This document shows, one piece after another, positions 51,101 to 60,652 of a stretch of 64,000 nt of DNA (within the stretch, counting starts at the first letter, position 1; every line of letters starts with the position of its first letter). The notes under the pieces are model-generated. The model saw only the letters and a list, made by a program, of their open reading frames with translations, did no database searches and was not told the origin of the DNA. The position numbers and the translations under genes were made by a program. This DNA comes from Escherichia coli. GTDB lineage: Bacteria > Pseudomonadota > Gammaproteobacteria > Enterobacterales > Enterobacteriaceae. The stretch lies in NCBI RefSeq assembly GCF_001677475.2, contig NZ_CP015229.1; one strand, written 5' to 3'.

Positions 51101-53142
51101 GACCAGTTCCAGTAGTAATCGCGGCGTTCGCGAATCAGGCGCACCTGCAAGCCCGACACGGCTTTTTTTACGCCTTGCGCATCGCTATAAACGATGTCAA
51201 AAGCGGCGTTACTGCCTTCATCAACAATGGGCTGTTTCACCGTGCTGTCAGTGCGATAATCGTAAACCGATTTCGAGGCGAACTGCGGACGGATCCCCGG
51301 CAATGCATCGGCAGGCCAGATAGCCTGCTCAGCGCGGCGCGTCACCGGGCGACCGCCCGATTCCAACAAACTACCCTGGAAAATAACCTGTAATGGGGAA
51401 TGCGTTTCCTTCCACTGGCTTTCTGTAGAAACTTCGCCACGCCCTTTATCATCCAGCGTCAACTGAACTTCATCCAGCGTGCGGGAAAGATTTTCGGCAG
51501 CTATATCGCCGAATTCGAAACCAGGTAAGGCTGACACAGCTTCACGCAGTGGGCGCAGGAAAAGTTGCCCTTGCAAAGTATTACCATTAGCAGGCGCACC
51601 ATACAGGTAGTAACCCACTACGGAGAATTTCACTTCATCTTTCGGCGCTAACGGGGTTTTCTCGCCAGTCAGATTCAACGCCATGCGCTCTGGCATAAAA
51701 TCTTCGACGTGGAAATCCCACATCCGATACTGGTTATCGCCAGTGTTAGCGCGAATATGCCACATGCCGGTTGCCGCACTGCTATCCAGTTGCCAGGTAA
51801 AGTGATAGAGGCCATTCTCCGGCTGACTAACGACACTACGCAGTACCTGCCCGTCAGGTTTAATCACGTCTAACTTGATGGGTTGATCCGGCAGAGCTTT
51901 ACCGTCTGCATCACGCAGTAAGCCGTTGAGGATTACTGTTTCACCCGGGCGATAAAGATCGCGCGGGCCAAACATAAAGAACTGTTTGCTATAACCCGGT
52001 GCACCAGCAATGTTAAATTCCGCTAAGTCCAGCGCCGGAAGTTTTAAATCGAGCAGCGTTGTCTGACCGTCTTTACGCGCCAGCAGTAATGCCGCGTTTT
52101 TATCATTTTCCAGCTGCACATGCCCCTGAGCATCACTGGTTGCCTGAGTCAGAGTCTGCCCTTTCTCATTTAATAAAGAGACTTCTATTCCTTGCTGGGC
52201 CGCGCCGTTTTCCAGACTTTGGATAAAGATATCCAGACGATTGTGATAACGGTGAGCTGAAACGCCGATATCACTTAACGTAAACAGCGTCGCGGGATTA
52301 CTGTAATCGTAACGTCCAGCCTGATTCATCACAGCCAGATACACGCCTGCCTGCTGAAGCGGTTTGATATCGCCCAGCGGCAGCAATAATTTTTCACGGG
52401 TGTTACGCGCAGGATTGAGATCAAACCGTCCGGTGTAGACCAGATCTGCCATCTGCAGCAGTTTGTCAGACTGCCAGTTCGCCAGCGAATTGCGGTATTC
52501 CCATTGGCTAATGAATGCAGGCAGAGATTCGGGCTTCACACGGAAGAAGTTAACATCGACATTGTTAACGTTGAGCGCCATTACCGGCAGCCCTTCAATA
52601 ACTTTACCAGGTAACAACGAACCACGGCTGGCAAAACCGACGCTGGGTTGGATATCGCGGGTAGTTATAGTTTTTTCGTAATCTTTACTGAAGGTTGCGT
52701 TGTTGAGTGCTTTGACCTCCTTGCCAATAGTGACGATCAAATCACGTTTCGGTTCGAGGTGGCGTAAACGCAACTCTTTAAGATTATCTGACAGCTCCCA
52801 GGCACCATCCACTTTGCCGATTTTCTTATCGACGACATGGATAACGCGTGAGAAATCCTGATCCGGGTCGAGAGGAATGGAGAACGTCAGCACCAGCGTG
52901 GCTGCGCCATCAAGTTGAACTTCAGAGAGATCCAGCAATGTCAGCGCCTTACCGGCACTCTGTTGGGCCAGTTTTTGTCGCTCCGGCGCGGAAAGTTTTG
53001 CTGAACTCACGTTTTCTGAAGAGGCCGCTTTAGTAACTTCAGAAGGCGCATCTTTTTTCACCGCTGTTGGCGCGTTATCGTTGTTGTCGCACCCTGCCAG
53101 CGCCAGCATTAGCATGCAGGCGGCTACGCGTAACTTTTTCAT
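48181..53142 (-). CDS. yfhM: Alpha-2-macroglobulin family lipoprotein YfhM
   Basis: 1653 aa; lipobox LALAGC; thioester motif CLEQ present (GCLEQTASGLFP). Confidence 0.85.
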   Translation of the reverse strand: MKKLRVAACMLMLALAGCDNNDNAPTAVKKDAPSEVTKAASSENVSSAKLSAPERQKLAQQSAGKALTLLDLSEVQLDGAATLVLTFSIPLDPDQDFSRVIHVVDKKIGKVDGAWELSDNLKELRLRHLEPKRDLIVTIGKEVKALNNATFSKDYEKTITTRDIQPSVGFASRGSLLPGKVIEGLPVMALNVNNVDVNFFRVKPESLPAFISQWEYRNSLANWQSDKLLQMADLVYTGRFDLNPARNTREKLLLPLGDIKPLQQAGVYLAVMNQAGRYDYSNPATLFTLSDIGVSAHRYHNRLDIFIQSLENGAAQQGIEVSLLNEKGQTLTQATSDAQGHVQLENDKNAALLLARKDGQTTLLDLKLPALDLAEFNIAGAPGYSKQFFMFGPRDLYRPGETVILNGLLRDADGKALPDQPIKLDVIKPDGQVLRSVVSQPENGLYHFTWQLDSSAATGMWHIRANTGDNQYRMWDFHVEDFMPERMALNLTGEKTPLAPKDEVKFSVVGYYLYGAPANGNTLQGQLFLRPLREAVSALPGFEFGDIAAENLSRTLDEVQLTLDDKGRGEVSTESQWKETHSPLQVIFQGSLLESGGRPVTRRAEQAIWPADALPGIRPQFASKSVYDYRTDSTVKQPIVDEGSNAAFDIVYSDAQGVKKAVSGLQVRLIRERRDYYWNWSEDEGWQSQFDQKDLIENEQTLDLKADETGKVSFPVEWGAYRLEVKAPNEAVSSVRFWAGYSWQDNSDGSGAVRPDRVTLKLDKASYRPGDTIKLHIAAPTEGKGYAMVESSEGPLWWQEIDVPAQGLDLTIPVDKTWNRHDLYLSTLVVRPGDKSRSATPKRAVGVLHLPLGDENRRLDLALETPAKMRPNQPLTVKIKASTKNGEKPKQVNVLVSAVDSGVLNITDYVTPDPWQAFFGQKRYGADIYDIYGQVIEGQGRLAALRFGGDGDELKRGGKPPVNHVNIVAQQALPVTLNEQGEGSVTLPIGDFNGELRVMAQAWTADDFGSNESKVIVAAPVIAELNMPRFMASGDTSRLTLDITNLTDKPQKLNVALTASGLLELVSDSPAAVELAPGVRTTLFIPVRALPGYGDGEIQATISGLALPGETVADQHKQWKIGVRPAFPAQTVNYGTALQPGETWAIPADRLQNFSPVTLEGQLLLSGKPPLNIARYIKELKAYPYGCLEQTASGLFPSLYTNAAQLQALGIKGDSDEKRRASVDIGISRLLQMQRDNGGFALWDKNGDEEYWLTAYVMDFLVRAGEQGYSVPTDAINRGNERLLRYLQDPGMMSIPYADNLKASKFAVQSYAALVLARQQKAPLGALREIWEHRADAASGLPLLQLGVALKTMGDATRGEEAIALALKTPRNSDERIWLGDYGSPLRDNALMLSLLEENKLLPDEQNALLNTLSQQAFGERWLSTQESNALFLAARTIQDLPGKWQAQTTFSAEPLTGEKAQNSNLNSDQLATLQVTNSGDQPLWLRVDASGYPQSAPLPANNVLQIERHILGTDGKSKSLDSLRSGDLVLVWLQVKASNSVPDALVVDLLPAGLELENQNLANGSASLEQSGGEVQNLLNQMQQASIKHIEFRDDRFVAAVAVDEYQPVTLVYLARAVTPGTYQVPQPMVESMYVPQWRATGAAEDLLIVRP

Positions 53143-53348
53143 TTTTCATCCCTGCCACAATGGCCCGTTAGCAACGTCGAATAATTATTATGCGTGAGAA
53201 TTTACGTTATGTAATTCAGTATCACGCCCATACAATCCGAATTTTAGTGAGAATTGTGGCTCAGACAGCCAAATCAGCCTCTTTTGCTTGTCGCCTTTCA
53301 CTAAACATCCGACAATTTAGCCTAACCCCGGCAAAAATGGAGATGCCT

Positions 53349-54194
53349 ATGTCCACGACATGGTTTGTAGGAGCCGACTGGCTCGCCGAACATATTGATG
53401 ACCCGGAAATTCAGATTATCGATGCCCGCATGGCGTCGCCTGGACAGGAAGATCGTAACGTTGCTCAGGAGTATCTGAATGGACATATTCCCGGCGCAGT
53501 GTTTTTTGATATAGAAGCGCTTTCTGATCACACTTCCTCGCTTCCGCACATGCTGCCGCGCCCGGAAACGTTCGCCGTGGCGATGCGTGAATTAGGCATT
53601 AACCAGGATAAGCACCTGATTGTCTATGACGAAGGTAATCTTTTCTCAGCCCCACGAGCATGGTGGATGCTGCGCACCTTTGGTGTAGAGAAAGTGTCGA
53701 TTCTGGGGGGTGGACTTGCAGGCTGGCAGCGCGATGATCTGCTATTAGAAGAAGGCGCAGTAGAGCTGCCGGAAGGAGAGTTTAACGCCGCGTTTAATCC
53801 TGAAGCCGTGGTGAAAGTCACCGATGTGTTATTGGCAAGCCATGAAAATACGGCGCAAATTATTGATGCCCGCCCGGCTGCACGTTTTAACGCAGAAGTT
53901 GATGAGCCTCGCCCAGGTTTACGTCGCGGACATATTCCCGGTGCACTGAATGTTCCGTGGACGGAACTGGTGCGCGAAGGCGAACTAAAAACGACCGATG
54001 AACTGGATGCGATATTTTTTGGTCGCGGCGTCAGCTATGACAAACCAATTATTGTCAGTTGCGGCTCTGGTGTAACAGCAGCCGTGGTTTTGTTGGCACT
54101 CGCGACGCTGGATGTGCCAAACGTGAAACTGTACGACGGCGCATGGAGTGAATGGGGCGCACGGGCAGATTTACCGGTTGAGCCATTGAAATAA
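53349..54194 (+). CDS. sseA: 3-mercaptopyruvate sulfurtransferase
   Basis: 281-aa product starting MSTTWFVGADWLAEHIDDPEIQ; catalytic CGSGVTA rhodanese loop. Confidence 0.85.
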   Translation: MSTTWFVGADWLAEHIDDPEIQIIDARMASPGQEDRNVAQEYLNGHIPGAVFFDIEALSDHTSSLPHMLPRPETFAVAMRELGINQDKHLIVYDEGNLFSAPRAWWMLRTFGVEKVSILGGGLAGWQRDDLLLEEGAVELPEGEFNAAFNPEAVVKVTDVLLASHENTAQIIDARPAARFNAEVDEPRPGLRRGHIPGALNVPWTELVREGELKTTDELDAIFFGRGVSYDKPIIVSCGSGVTAAVVLLALATLDVPNVKLYDGAWSEWGARADLPVEPLK

Positions 54195-54206
54195 GCTTTT
54201 TACAGG

Positions 54207-54226
54207 CAATAAAAAACCGCCGAATT
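54207..54226. repeat. Left half of IS-split palindrome plus 4-bp target-site duplicate AATT
   Basis: caataaaaaaccgcc (54207-54221) is the exact reverse complement of ggcggttttttattg (55673-55687); AATT at 54223-54226 repeats at 55668-55671. Confidence 0.7.
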
Positions 54227-54258
54227 TGAACTGACCCCATAATGTTGGACGGTTTATA

Positions 54259-55098
54259 TTAAGCGGCTATCAGGGCCTGGGTTCGGTACTCTACCGGACT
54301 CAGGCCTTTCAGTTTCTGTTTTATTCTTTCATGGTTGTAATAGTGGATGTAATTATCGATAGCCATGCGCAACTCGCTGATATTCTTGTGTTCCATCAGG
54401 TAAAAACACTCAGATTTCAGCGTGCCGAAGAAGCTTTCCATCACCGCATTGTCATGACAGTTCCCCTTCCTTGACATGCTCTGTTTCAGACCAGCCTCCT
54501 TAAGCCGGTTCTGATAATGCGCCATCTGATATTGCCAGCCCTGATCTGAGTGGAGCAGCGGGTATTCGTCTTTACCCAGTACAGATACAGCCTTCAACAG
54601 CATGTCATCCACCATCGACAGAAGAGGACGGGACGCCATCTGATACGCAACTATTTCTCCGTTATACAGATCCAGAACGGGGGACAGATACAGTTTTTCT
54701 CCGCTGATTTTAAATTCCGTGACATCTGTTACCCACTTCTGGTTGGGCTTATCCGCACTGAACTGCCGGTTCAGCACATTACCCGCCACTTTCCCATACC
54801 GGCCTCTGTAAGAGTTGTATTTCTTCCTTCTGATACAGCAGGTTAAATCTAACGCCTTCATTAACCTCTGAACCTTTTTATGGTTCAGTAAGCTTCCTTC
54901 CCGGCGGATAGCCAGCGTGATTCGCCTGTATCCATACCGTCCTTTATGTTTATGGAACAGCGTTAAAATCTGCCGCTTATCATCGGCATATTTGTCTGGT
55001 TTTTTACCGCTCGCCAGTTGCCAGTAGAACGTACTTCTCGCCAGCCCTGCCGCTTTTAACAAGCGCGCAAGAGGGAAGTCCGGCCTTAACTCATTCAC
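54259..55098 (-). CDS. IS3-family transposase OrfB (DDE catalytic domain)
   Basis: 279 aa in the -1 frame relative to orfA; rve-type integrase core. Confidence 0.8.
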   Translation of the reverse strand: MNELRPDFPLARLLKAAGLARSTFYWQLASGKKPDKYADDKRQILTLFHKHKGRYGYRRITLAIRREGSLLNHKKVQRLMKALDLTCCIRRKKYNSYRGRYGKVAGNVLNRQFSADKPNQKWVTDVTEFKISGEKLYLSPVLDLYNGEIVAYQMASRPLLSMVDDMLLKAVSVLGKDEYPLLHSDQGWQYQMAHYQNRLKEAGLKQSMSRKGNCHDNAVMESFFGTLKSECFYLMEHKNISELRMAIDNYIHYYNHERIKQKLKGLSPVEYRTQALIAA

Positions 55099-55616
55099 GA
55101 TCTGCGTTTTATCCCGCGTTTTGACGTGCTTTTTTCCCTGAGCAAGGCCTGCAACTTTTTTAGATAAGCCACTTCAACACGCAGTTGTTCAAGTTCCTCT
55201 CGTTCATCATGGTTAAGAGGAGCCTGTAAAGAAGGTGCCGGGTTATTTTCAGGGCGTTCTGGCATCGTTTTTCTCCCGCGTCGGCTGTCAGTGAGGGCTT
55301 CTAATCCCCCTTCATCATACAGGCGTTCCCACAGAAGGACCGTGGAGAAAGCCGGAATAGTGAATTTTGCACAGACTTCGCGAACAGACAACCGGTGCTC
55401 ACGCATATGCAGGATAACGGACTCTTTAAAGACGGGAGAATAGGCGAAATGCCGGGTGGTAAGTCCGGCTTCGCCATGAAGCTTCCAGGCAGCAGTCCAC
55501 TTACGAACGGCACTGTGATCGATACCAAAACGCTTTGCAGTCGCTTTCTGCCCTTCCATGCCGGAAAGATAGTGCTGCACAACCTCAAGCTTAAAGCTGA
55601 GAGAATATTTACTCAT
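55095..55616 (-). CDS. IS3-family transposase OrfA (HTH, leucine zipper)
   Basis: Start set at MSKYSLSFKLEVVQHY; minus-strand A_AAA_AAG at 55155-55161 (codons L-K-K) near the 3' end. Confidence 0.8.
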   Translation of the reverse strand: MSKYSLSFKLEVVQHYLSGMEGQKATAKRFGIDHSAVRKWTAAWKLHGEAGLTTRHFAYSPVFKESVILHMREHRLSVREVCAKFTIPAFSTVLLWERLYDEGGLEALTDSRRGRKTMPERPENNPAPSLQAPLNHDEREELEQLRVEVAYLKKLQALLREKSTSKRGIKRRS

Positions 55617-55667
55617 AAAAAACTGCACCTTACTTCGTTGAGTGTCCAACTTTTGGGGTGCAGTTCA

Positions 55668-55687
55668 AATTTGGCGGTTTTTTATTG
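55668..55687. repeat. Right half of IS-split palindrome plus TSD copy
   Basis: AATT (55668-55671) then tggcggttttttattg, mirror of the left half. Confidence 0.7.
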
Positions 55688-55807
55688 CTGGTCTGGTTCG
55701 CGGCCTTTCCAGCAGGTTGACTTGTGTTGCCGGAGCAACGCAGGCACCCCACAGTGCTTGCTATCGCGGCAATATCGCCAGTGGTGCTGTCGTGATGCGG
55801 TCTTCGC

Positions 55808-55945
55808 ATGGACCGCACAATGAAGATACGGTGCTTTTGTATCGTACTTATTGTTTCTGGTGCGCTGTTAACCGAGGTAAATAATAACCGGAGTCTCTCC
55901 GGCAACAATTTATTGGTGGTTAACAACCTTCAGAACAGCAGGTAA
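55808..55945 (+). CDS. Candidate type I toxin small protein (RyfA/TimP-like), 45 codons
   Basis: MDRTMKIRCFCIVLIVSGALLTEVNNNRSLSGNNLLVVNNLQNSR: hydrophobic helix plus polar tail; terminator hairpin 7 nt after the stop; sits in the sseA-sseB gap. No clear SD. Confidence 0.45.
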   Translation: MDRTMKIRCFCIVLIVSGALLTEVNNNRSLSGNNLLVVNNLQNSR

Positions 55946-55951
55946 GCCCGA

Positions 55952-55976
55952 ATGCCGCCCTTTGGGGCGGCATATT
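55952..55976. terminator. Hairpin shared by the small ORF and convergent sseB
   Basis: atgccgccc-tttg-gggcggcat followed by attttag. Confidence 0.5.
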
Positions 55977-56753
55977 TTAGATTATCCGGTTCTGTTTAAA
56001 GTCACGCAAAAAACCACCCCAGCGACGTTCATAGAATGGCACAATATGTTCGGTAATAAAGTGGCTAATTCCTTTTTCCCCTTTTTTCACCTGACAAATA
56101 TCGATTGGTTCATCGCCAGGTAATGTATCGGTCGCTACACTTCCCGCCGCCTGAATAATTTCTTCGATATCACCATCGGCTTCAATGCCAATAAGTAAAT
56201 TAGGCTGTGCCTCTTCGCTCTCTTTAATTAAACAAATAAAAGCACGCTTCACCGGCTTAATAGTTTTAAATAAGGTGGTGAGTGAATCAATCATTTGTGC
56301 TGGTGGCTCTGCGACTTCCGATAATATCAGCGATTCACCGCCCTCCAGTACTTCCTGGCTGCTCAGCGGATTTCCTTCTTCACCAATCAACAAACTGATT
56401 TCACGCGGCATAAATTCTTTACCGGTTGGCAGTTTGGCATTAAGGAAGAGCGTTTCGCCAAGGGTCATCTCAAACAATGTGCGAACGGGCATTACGACAA
56501 ATGCCTGTTCGTCTTCAACCGCCTGTTGAAGTGCTTCTAACGAGGTAAAAAAAGGAATGACGCTGGTGCCGTCTTCTTTTTCCCAGTGCTGTAAATCAAG
56601 CGCGCTATCTTCAACCACAGCCTCGCCCTGCGCCGCCGTACCCGGCACCCAGACGGTGGATTCCAGTAGAGTACGGAAAAAGGCCGGGCGGTGCGCCGGT
56701 TCGGTTGCTGCTTTTTCCAGCAGGTCTTCAAGTTCGTTTTTTGTTTCGGACAT
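55977..56753 (-). CDS. sseB: SseB (enhanced serine sensitivity protein B)
   Basis: Start set at MSETKNELEDLLEKAATEP within the 261-aa ORF-track frame. Confidence 0.8.
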   Translation of the reverse strand: MSETKNELEDLLEKAATEPAHRPAFFRTLLESTVWVPGTAAQGEAVVEDSALDLQHWEKEDGTSVIPFFTSLEALQQAVEDEQAFVVMPVRTLFEMTLGETLFLNAKLPTGKEFMPREISLLIGEEGNPLSSQEVLEGGESLILSEVAEPPAQMIDSLTTLFKTIKPVKRAFICLIKESEEAQPNLLIGIEADGDIEEIIQAAGSVATDTLPGDEPIDICQVKKGEKGISHFITEHIVPFYERRWGGFLRDFKQNRII

Positions 56754-56789
56754 AAGAACCACAATTCATTCAACGTTCGGGGCACAAGT

Positions 56790-56886
<97 letters not shown>

Positions 56887-56894
56887 ATATTAGT

Positions 56895-58178
56895 TTACGC
56901 CGTTAACAGATTAGCAATCGTGCGCACACCTAGCCCGGTCGCGCCCGCAGACCACTGTTCAACCGGCGATTTACGGTAAGTCGCCGAGCAGTCGATATGC
57001 AGCCAGCCTTGCTGATAGTTCTCAACAAAGTGCGACAGGAAGCCCGCCGCCGTGCTCGCGCCTGCCGGATACGCCGCGCTTCCGGTATTGTTCAGTTCCG
57101 CAAAGTTAGACGGCAGCTGGCTGCGGTGGAACTCCGCCAGCGGCAGACGCCAGAACGGTTCATTCTCCTGCGCGGCACTCGCCAGCAAGCGACCGGCAAG
57201 CGCATCGTCAAAACTGAACAGCGCGTGATAATCATTACCCAGCGCAGTTTTCGCCGCCCCGGTGAGGGTCGCCGCATCAATGATCAGTTCCGGTTTCTGC
57301 GCACTGGCATCAATCAGGCCATCGGCCAGCACCAGACGCCCTTCGGCATCAGTGTTCATCACTTCAACTTTTTTACCGTTGCGATAGGTAATAATATCGC
57401 CCAGTTTGAACGCGTTGCCGCTGATCAGGTTATCCGCACAGCAGAGGAACAGCTTCACGCGCTTGTTCAGTCCGCGCGTAATGGCAAACGCCAGCGCCCC
57501 GGTAACCGTTGCCGCGCCGCCCATGTCCGACTTCATCGAGTCCATAAATGCGGTCTGTTTGATGCTGTAGCCGCCGGAATCAAAGGTGATGCCTTTACCA
57601 ACCAGGCACGCGTACACTGGCGCTTCTTTATCGCCAGTTGGGTTGTAATCCAGCGCCAGCAATACCGGAGAACGTTCTGAACCGCGTCCGACCGTGTGCA
57701 GCCCCATATAACCTTGATCACGCAGATCTTCGCCTTTGGTGATCCGGTAAGTCACACGATCGCCCGCGACGTTGCTGATCAGATCAACAGCACGCTGTGC
57801 CAGTTGCGATGGCCCCAGTTCTTCCGCCGGTGCGTTGATGGTGTCACGCACCCAGTCGATGATCATCAGGCGGTTATCCAGTTCCTGGCGCTGGGCATCG
57901 TCCAGATCCGGCCACTCCACTTTACGTGTGCCTTTCGGGGCTTTGTAACCTTGCCAGAATGCCCAGCAGCGATCCGCATCCCAGCCTTCACCGCTTAACT
58001 GAACATGTTTGATGCCCAGACCGTCAATCTTGCGCGCCGCACGCTGGATCAGCCCCAGATCGTCTGCCCCGTTCAAATGCAGGGTAATGCCATCATTATT
58101 AATGCTGTAAGTTGCTTTTTCTCCCCAGCGCGCGTCGGCAGGTTGGGTAGAGAGGGTAATTTTCATCGCTTCTGTCAT
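56895..58178 (-). CDS. pepB: Peptidase B (M17 leucyl aminopeptidase family)
   Basis: 427 aa with NTDAEGRL active-site motif. Confidence 0.9.
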   Translation of the reverse strand: MTEAMKITLSTQPADARWGEKATYSINNDGITLHLNGADDLGLIQRAARKIDGLGIKHVQLSGEGWDADRCWAFWQGYKAPKGTRKVEWPDLDDAQRQELDNRLMIIDWVRDTINAPAEELGPSQLAQRAVDLISNVAGDRVTYRITKGEDLRDQGYMGLHTVGRGSERSPVLLALDYNPTGDKEAPVYACLVGKGITFDSGGYSIKQTAFMDSMKSDMGGAATVTGALAFAITRGLNKRVKLFLCCADNLISGNAFKLGDIITYRNGKKVEVMNTDAEGRLVLADGLIDASAQKPELIIDAATLTGAAKTALGNDYHALFSFDDALAGRLLASAAQENEPFWRLPLAEFHRSQLPSNFAELNNTGSAAYPAGASTAAGFLSHFVENYQQGWLHIDCSATYRKSPVEQWSAGATGLGVRTIANLLTA

Positions 58179-58207
58179 TTTAGTTATCCTTATTTGTTTA
58201 ACAGCAA

Positions 58208-58233
58208 AACGGGCTACCCCCAGGCAGCCCGTT
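58208..58233 (-). terminator. Hairpin after iscX
   Basis: aacgggctgcctgggggtagcccgtt (minus strand) followed by ttgctgtt. Confidence 0.45.
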
Positions 58234-58236
58234 CAT

Positions 58237-58437
58237 TCACTCGGCTTCGTCCAGCCAGACTAACAAAATTGCTTCGAGGATTTTCTCGTTGGATGCCTGC
58301 GGGTCGTCGTCGAAATCTTCCAGCTCGCAAATCCACTGATGCATATCGGTGAATCGAACCGTTTTCGGATCAAGATCGGGATACGCATCGTACAGTGCTT
58401 CGCCAATTTCGCGGCTATCGGTCCACTTAAGTCCCAT
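58237..58437 (-). CDS. iscX: Fe-S assembly protein IscX (YfhJ)
   Basis: 66-aa acidic protein [24 protein letters not shown]. Confidence 0.85.
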   Translation of the reverse strand: MGLKWTDSREIGEALYDAYPDLDPKTVRFTDMHQWICELEDFDDDPQASNEKILEAILLVWLDEAE

Positions 58438-58448
58438 ACTAACCTCTG

Positions 58449-58784
58449 TTAATGCTCACGCGCATGGTTGATAGTGTAACGCGGGATTTCGACCACTAAA
58501 TCTTCGTCGGTGACGCGCGCCTGGCAGCTTAAACGGCTTTCCGGCTCCAGTCCCCAGGCTTTGTCCAGCATGTCGTCTTCCTGCTCTGAGCTTTCCGGCA
58601 GTGAGTCAAAACCTTCACGAACGATGCAGTGGCAGGTGGTACAAGCACAGGATTTTTCACAGGCGTGTTCAATCTCGATACCGTTACGCAGAGCTGCGTC
58701 GAGAATGGTTTCACCGCTATTAGCTTCCAGAACAGCGCCATCAGGGCAGAGATCCTGATGAGGCAAAATAACAATCTTTGGCAT
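58449..58784 (-). CDS. fdx: [2Fe-2S] ferredoxin
   Basis: 111 aa with adrenodoxin-type cysteine ligands. Confidence 0.9.
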   Translation of the reverse strand: MPKIVILPHQDLCPDGAVLEANSGETILDAALRNGIEIEHACEKSCACTTCHCIVREGFDSLPESSEQEDDMLDKAWGLEPESRLSCQARVTDEDLVVEIPRYTINHAREH

Positions 58785-58785
58785 A

Positions 58786-60636
58786 TTAAACCTCGTCCAC
58801 GGAATGGCCTTTCAGCGCACGACGAACCGACTGGTCCATGCGGCGAGCGGCGAAATCCTGGGTTTGTTTGTCTACGTTTTTAATCGCTTGTTCGATGGCG
58901 TCAACATCATCGCCCTGCGCCACTTCACTCAGGTGAGCGGCAGCATCGTCAATGACCTGACGCTCTGCGGCGCTTAACAGCGCGGCATCAGCAGCCAGCG
59001 CGCCGTGCAGACTTTCCAGCACACGCGCCGCTTCAACTTTTTGTTCTGCCAACATACGGGCTTTTACGTCCTGCTCGGCATAACTCATTGAGTCTTTAAT
59101 CATCGAGGCGATTTCGCTGTCGGTCAGACCGTAGGACGGTTTGACCTGAATAGATGCCTCAACGCCGGTGGATTTCTCCATCGCCGTCACGCTCAAAAGA
59201 CCGTCGGCATCGACCTGGAACGTCACGCGAATATGCGCGCCGCCAGCCGGTAGCGCCGGAATACCACGCAGCGCAAAACGCGCCAGCGAGCGGCAGTCCT
59301 GCACCAGTTCGCGCTCACCCTGCATTACATGGATAGACATCGCCGTCTGACCATCTTTAAAGGTGGTGAAATCCTGAGCGCGCGCCACCGGAATAGTGGT
59401 ATTACGCGGAATCACTTTCTCCACCAGGCCGCCCATCGTTTCGAGGCCCAGCGACAGCGGGATCACATCCAGCAACAGCATTTCGCTGTCCGGCTTGTTA
59501 CCCACCAGAATATCCGCCTGAATCGCCGCGCCAATAGCGACGACTTTATCCGGGTCGATAGAAGTCAGCGGTGGACGACCGAAAAATTCGCCTACTCGTT
59601 CACGCACCAGCGGCACGCGAGTAGAACCGCCAACCATCACCACTTCCAGCACTTCATCAGCCTCTACGCCCGCGTCTTTCAACGCACGACGACAGGCCAG
59701 CAAGGTTCGTTTTACCAGTGGCGCGATCAGTTCGTTGAATTGTTCACGGCTGATTTCGCCCTGCCAGCCCGCAACATTCACAGTCACGGAGTCCGCATCG
59801 CTCAGCGCGATTTTGGCTGCAATGGCGGCATCCAGCAGTTCACGCTGAACGCGGTTATCGCTACGATCAGGAATGCCCGCCTGCTCGCGAATGTAATCCG
59901 CCAGCAGATGGTCGAAATCATCGCCGCCGAGCGCGGAATCACCGCCGGTTGCCAGCACTTCAAACACGCCGCGACTTAAGCGCAGAATGGAAATATCAAA
60001 CGTCCCGCCACCGAGGTCATAAACGGCGATCACGCCTTCCTGACCGGAATCCAGCCCGTAGGCGATAGCCGCAGCGGTCGGTTCGTTAAGTAAGCGCAGA
60101 ACATGCAACCCCGCCAGACGCGCCGCGTCTTTGGTGCCCTGACGCTGGGCATCGTCAAAGTACGCCGGAACGGTGATAACTACACCATCCAGCTCGCCTG
60201 CCAGGGCTTCAGTTGCCCGCGCCGCCAGTGCTTTGAGGATGTCCGCAGAAACGCGCACCGGGTTCAGCAGCCCCGCCGCCGTTTCAATCATCGGTAGGCC
60301 GTTTTCGCTGGCCTGGAATTGATAAGGCAGATGTGGATAGCGTTGCTGGATATCAGCCAGCGAGCGCCCCATCAGGCGTTTAACAGAACTAATGGTGTTG
60401 GCGGTATCGAGCGCTGCGTTAGTACGCGCGTCATAACCCACCGAATGCCCTTGCTGTTGATAGTGAACAACAGACGGCAGCAGGTGACGGCCTTCATGGT
60501 CGGCTAACGTTTCGGCCTGACCGCTGCGCACTGTCGCCACCAGCGAGTTGGTTGTGCCCAGGTCGATACCGGCCGCCAGACGACGCTGATGCGGCGCAGC
60601 ACTCAAACCAGGTTCACTAATTTGTAATAAGGCCAT
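58786..60636 (-). CDS. hscA: Fe-S cluster chaperone HscA (Hsp70 family)
   Basis: 616-aa product starting [19 protein letters not shown]; Hsp70 ATPase motif IDLGTTNS. Confidence 0.9.
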
Positions 60637-60652
60637 GTTTAGCTTCCAGAAA

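Larger units (their letters stand above)
54227..55667 (-). mobile_element. IS3-family insertion sequence (~1441 bp), apparently intact
   Basis: Imperfect ~25-bp terminal inverted repeats starting TGAACTG; orfA/orfB overlap with A_AAA_AAG slippery heptamer; AATT direct repeats flank it. Confidence 0.85.

Noticed and set aside
53190..53348. 5' extension of the sseA ORF (334-aa version)
   Set aside because: Recalled SseA N-terminus is MSTTWFVGADWL at 53349; the upstream extension would overlap the divergent yfhM promoter region and has no rhodanese similarity.
55642..55884. 80-aa + strand ORF
   Set aside because: Starts inside the IS terminal repeat and crosses the IS boundary; no RBS. The overlapping 45-codon frame with a hydrophobic helix and terminator is the better candidate.
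56997..57680. 227-aa + strand ORF (also 59329..59979 and 44257..44877)
   Set aside because: Antisense to pepB, hscA and rlmN respectively; Arg/Gln/His-rich reverse-strand translations with no start signals.
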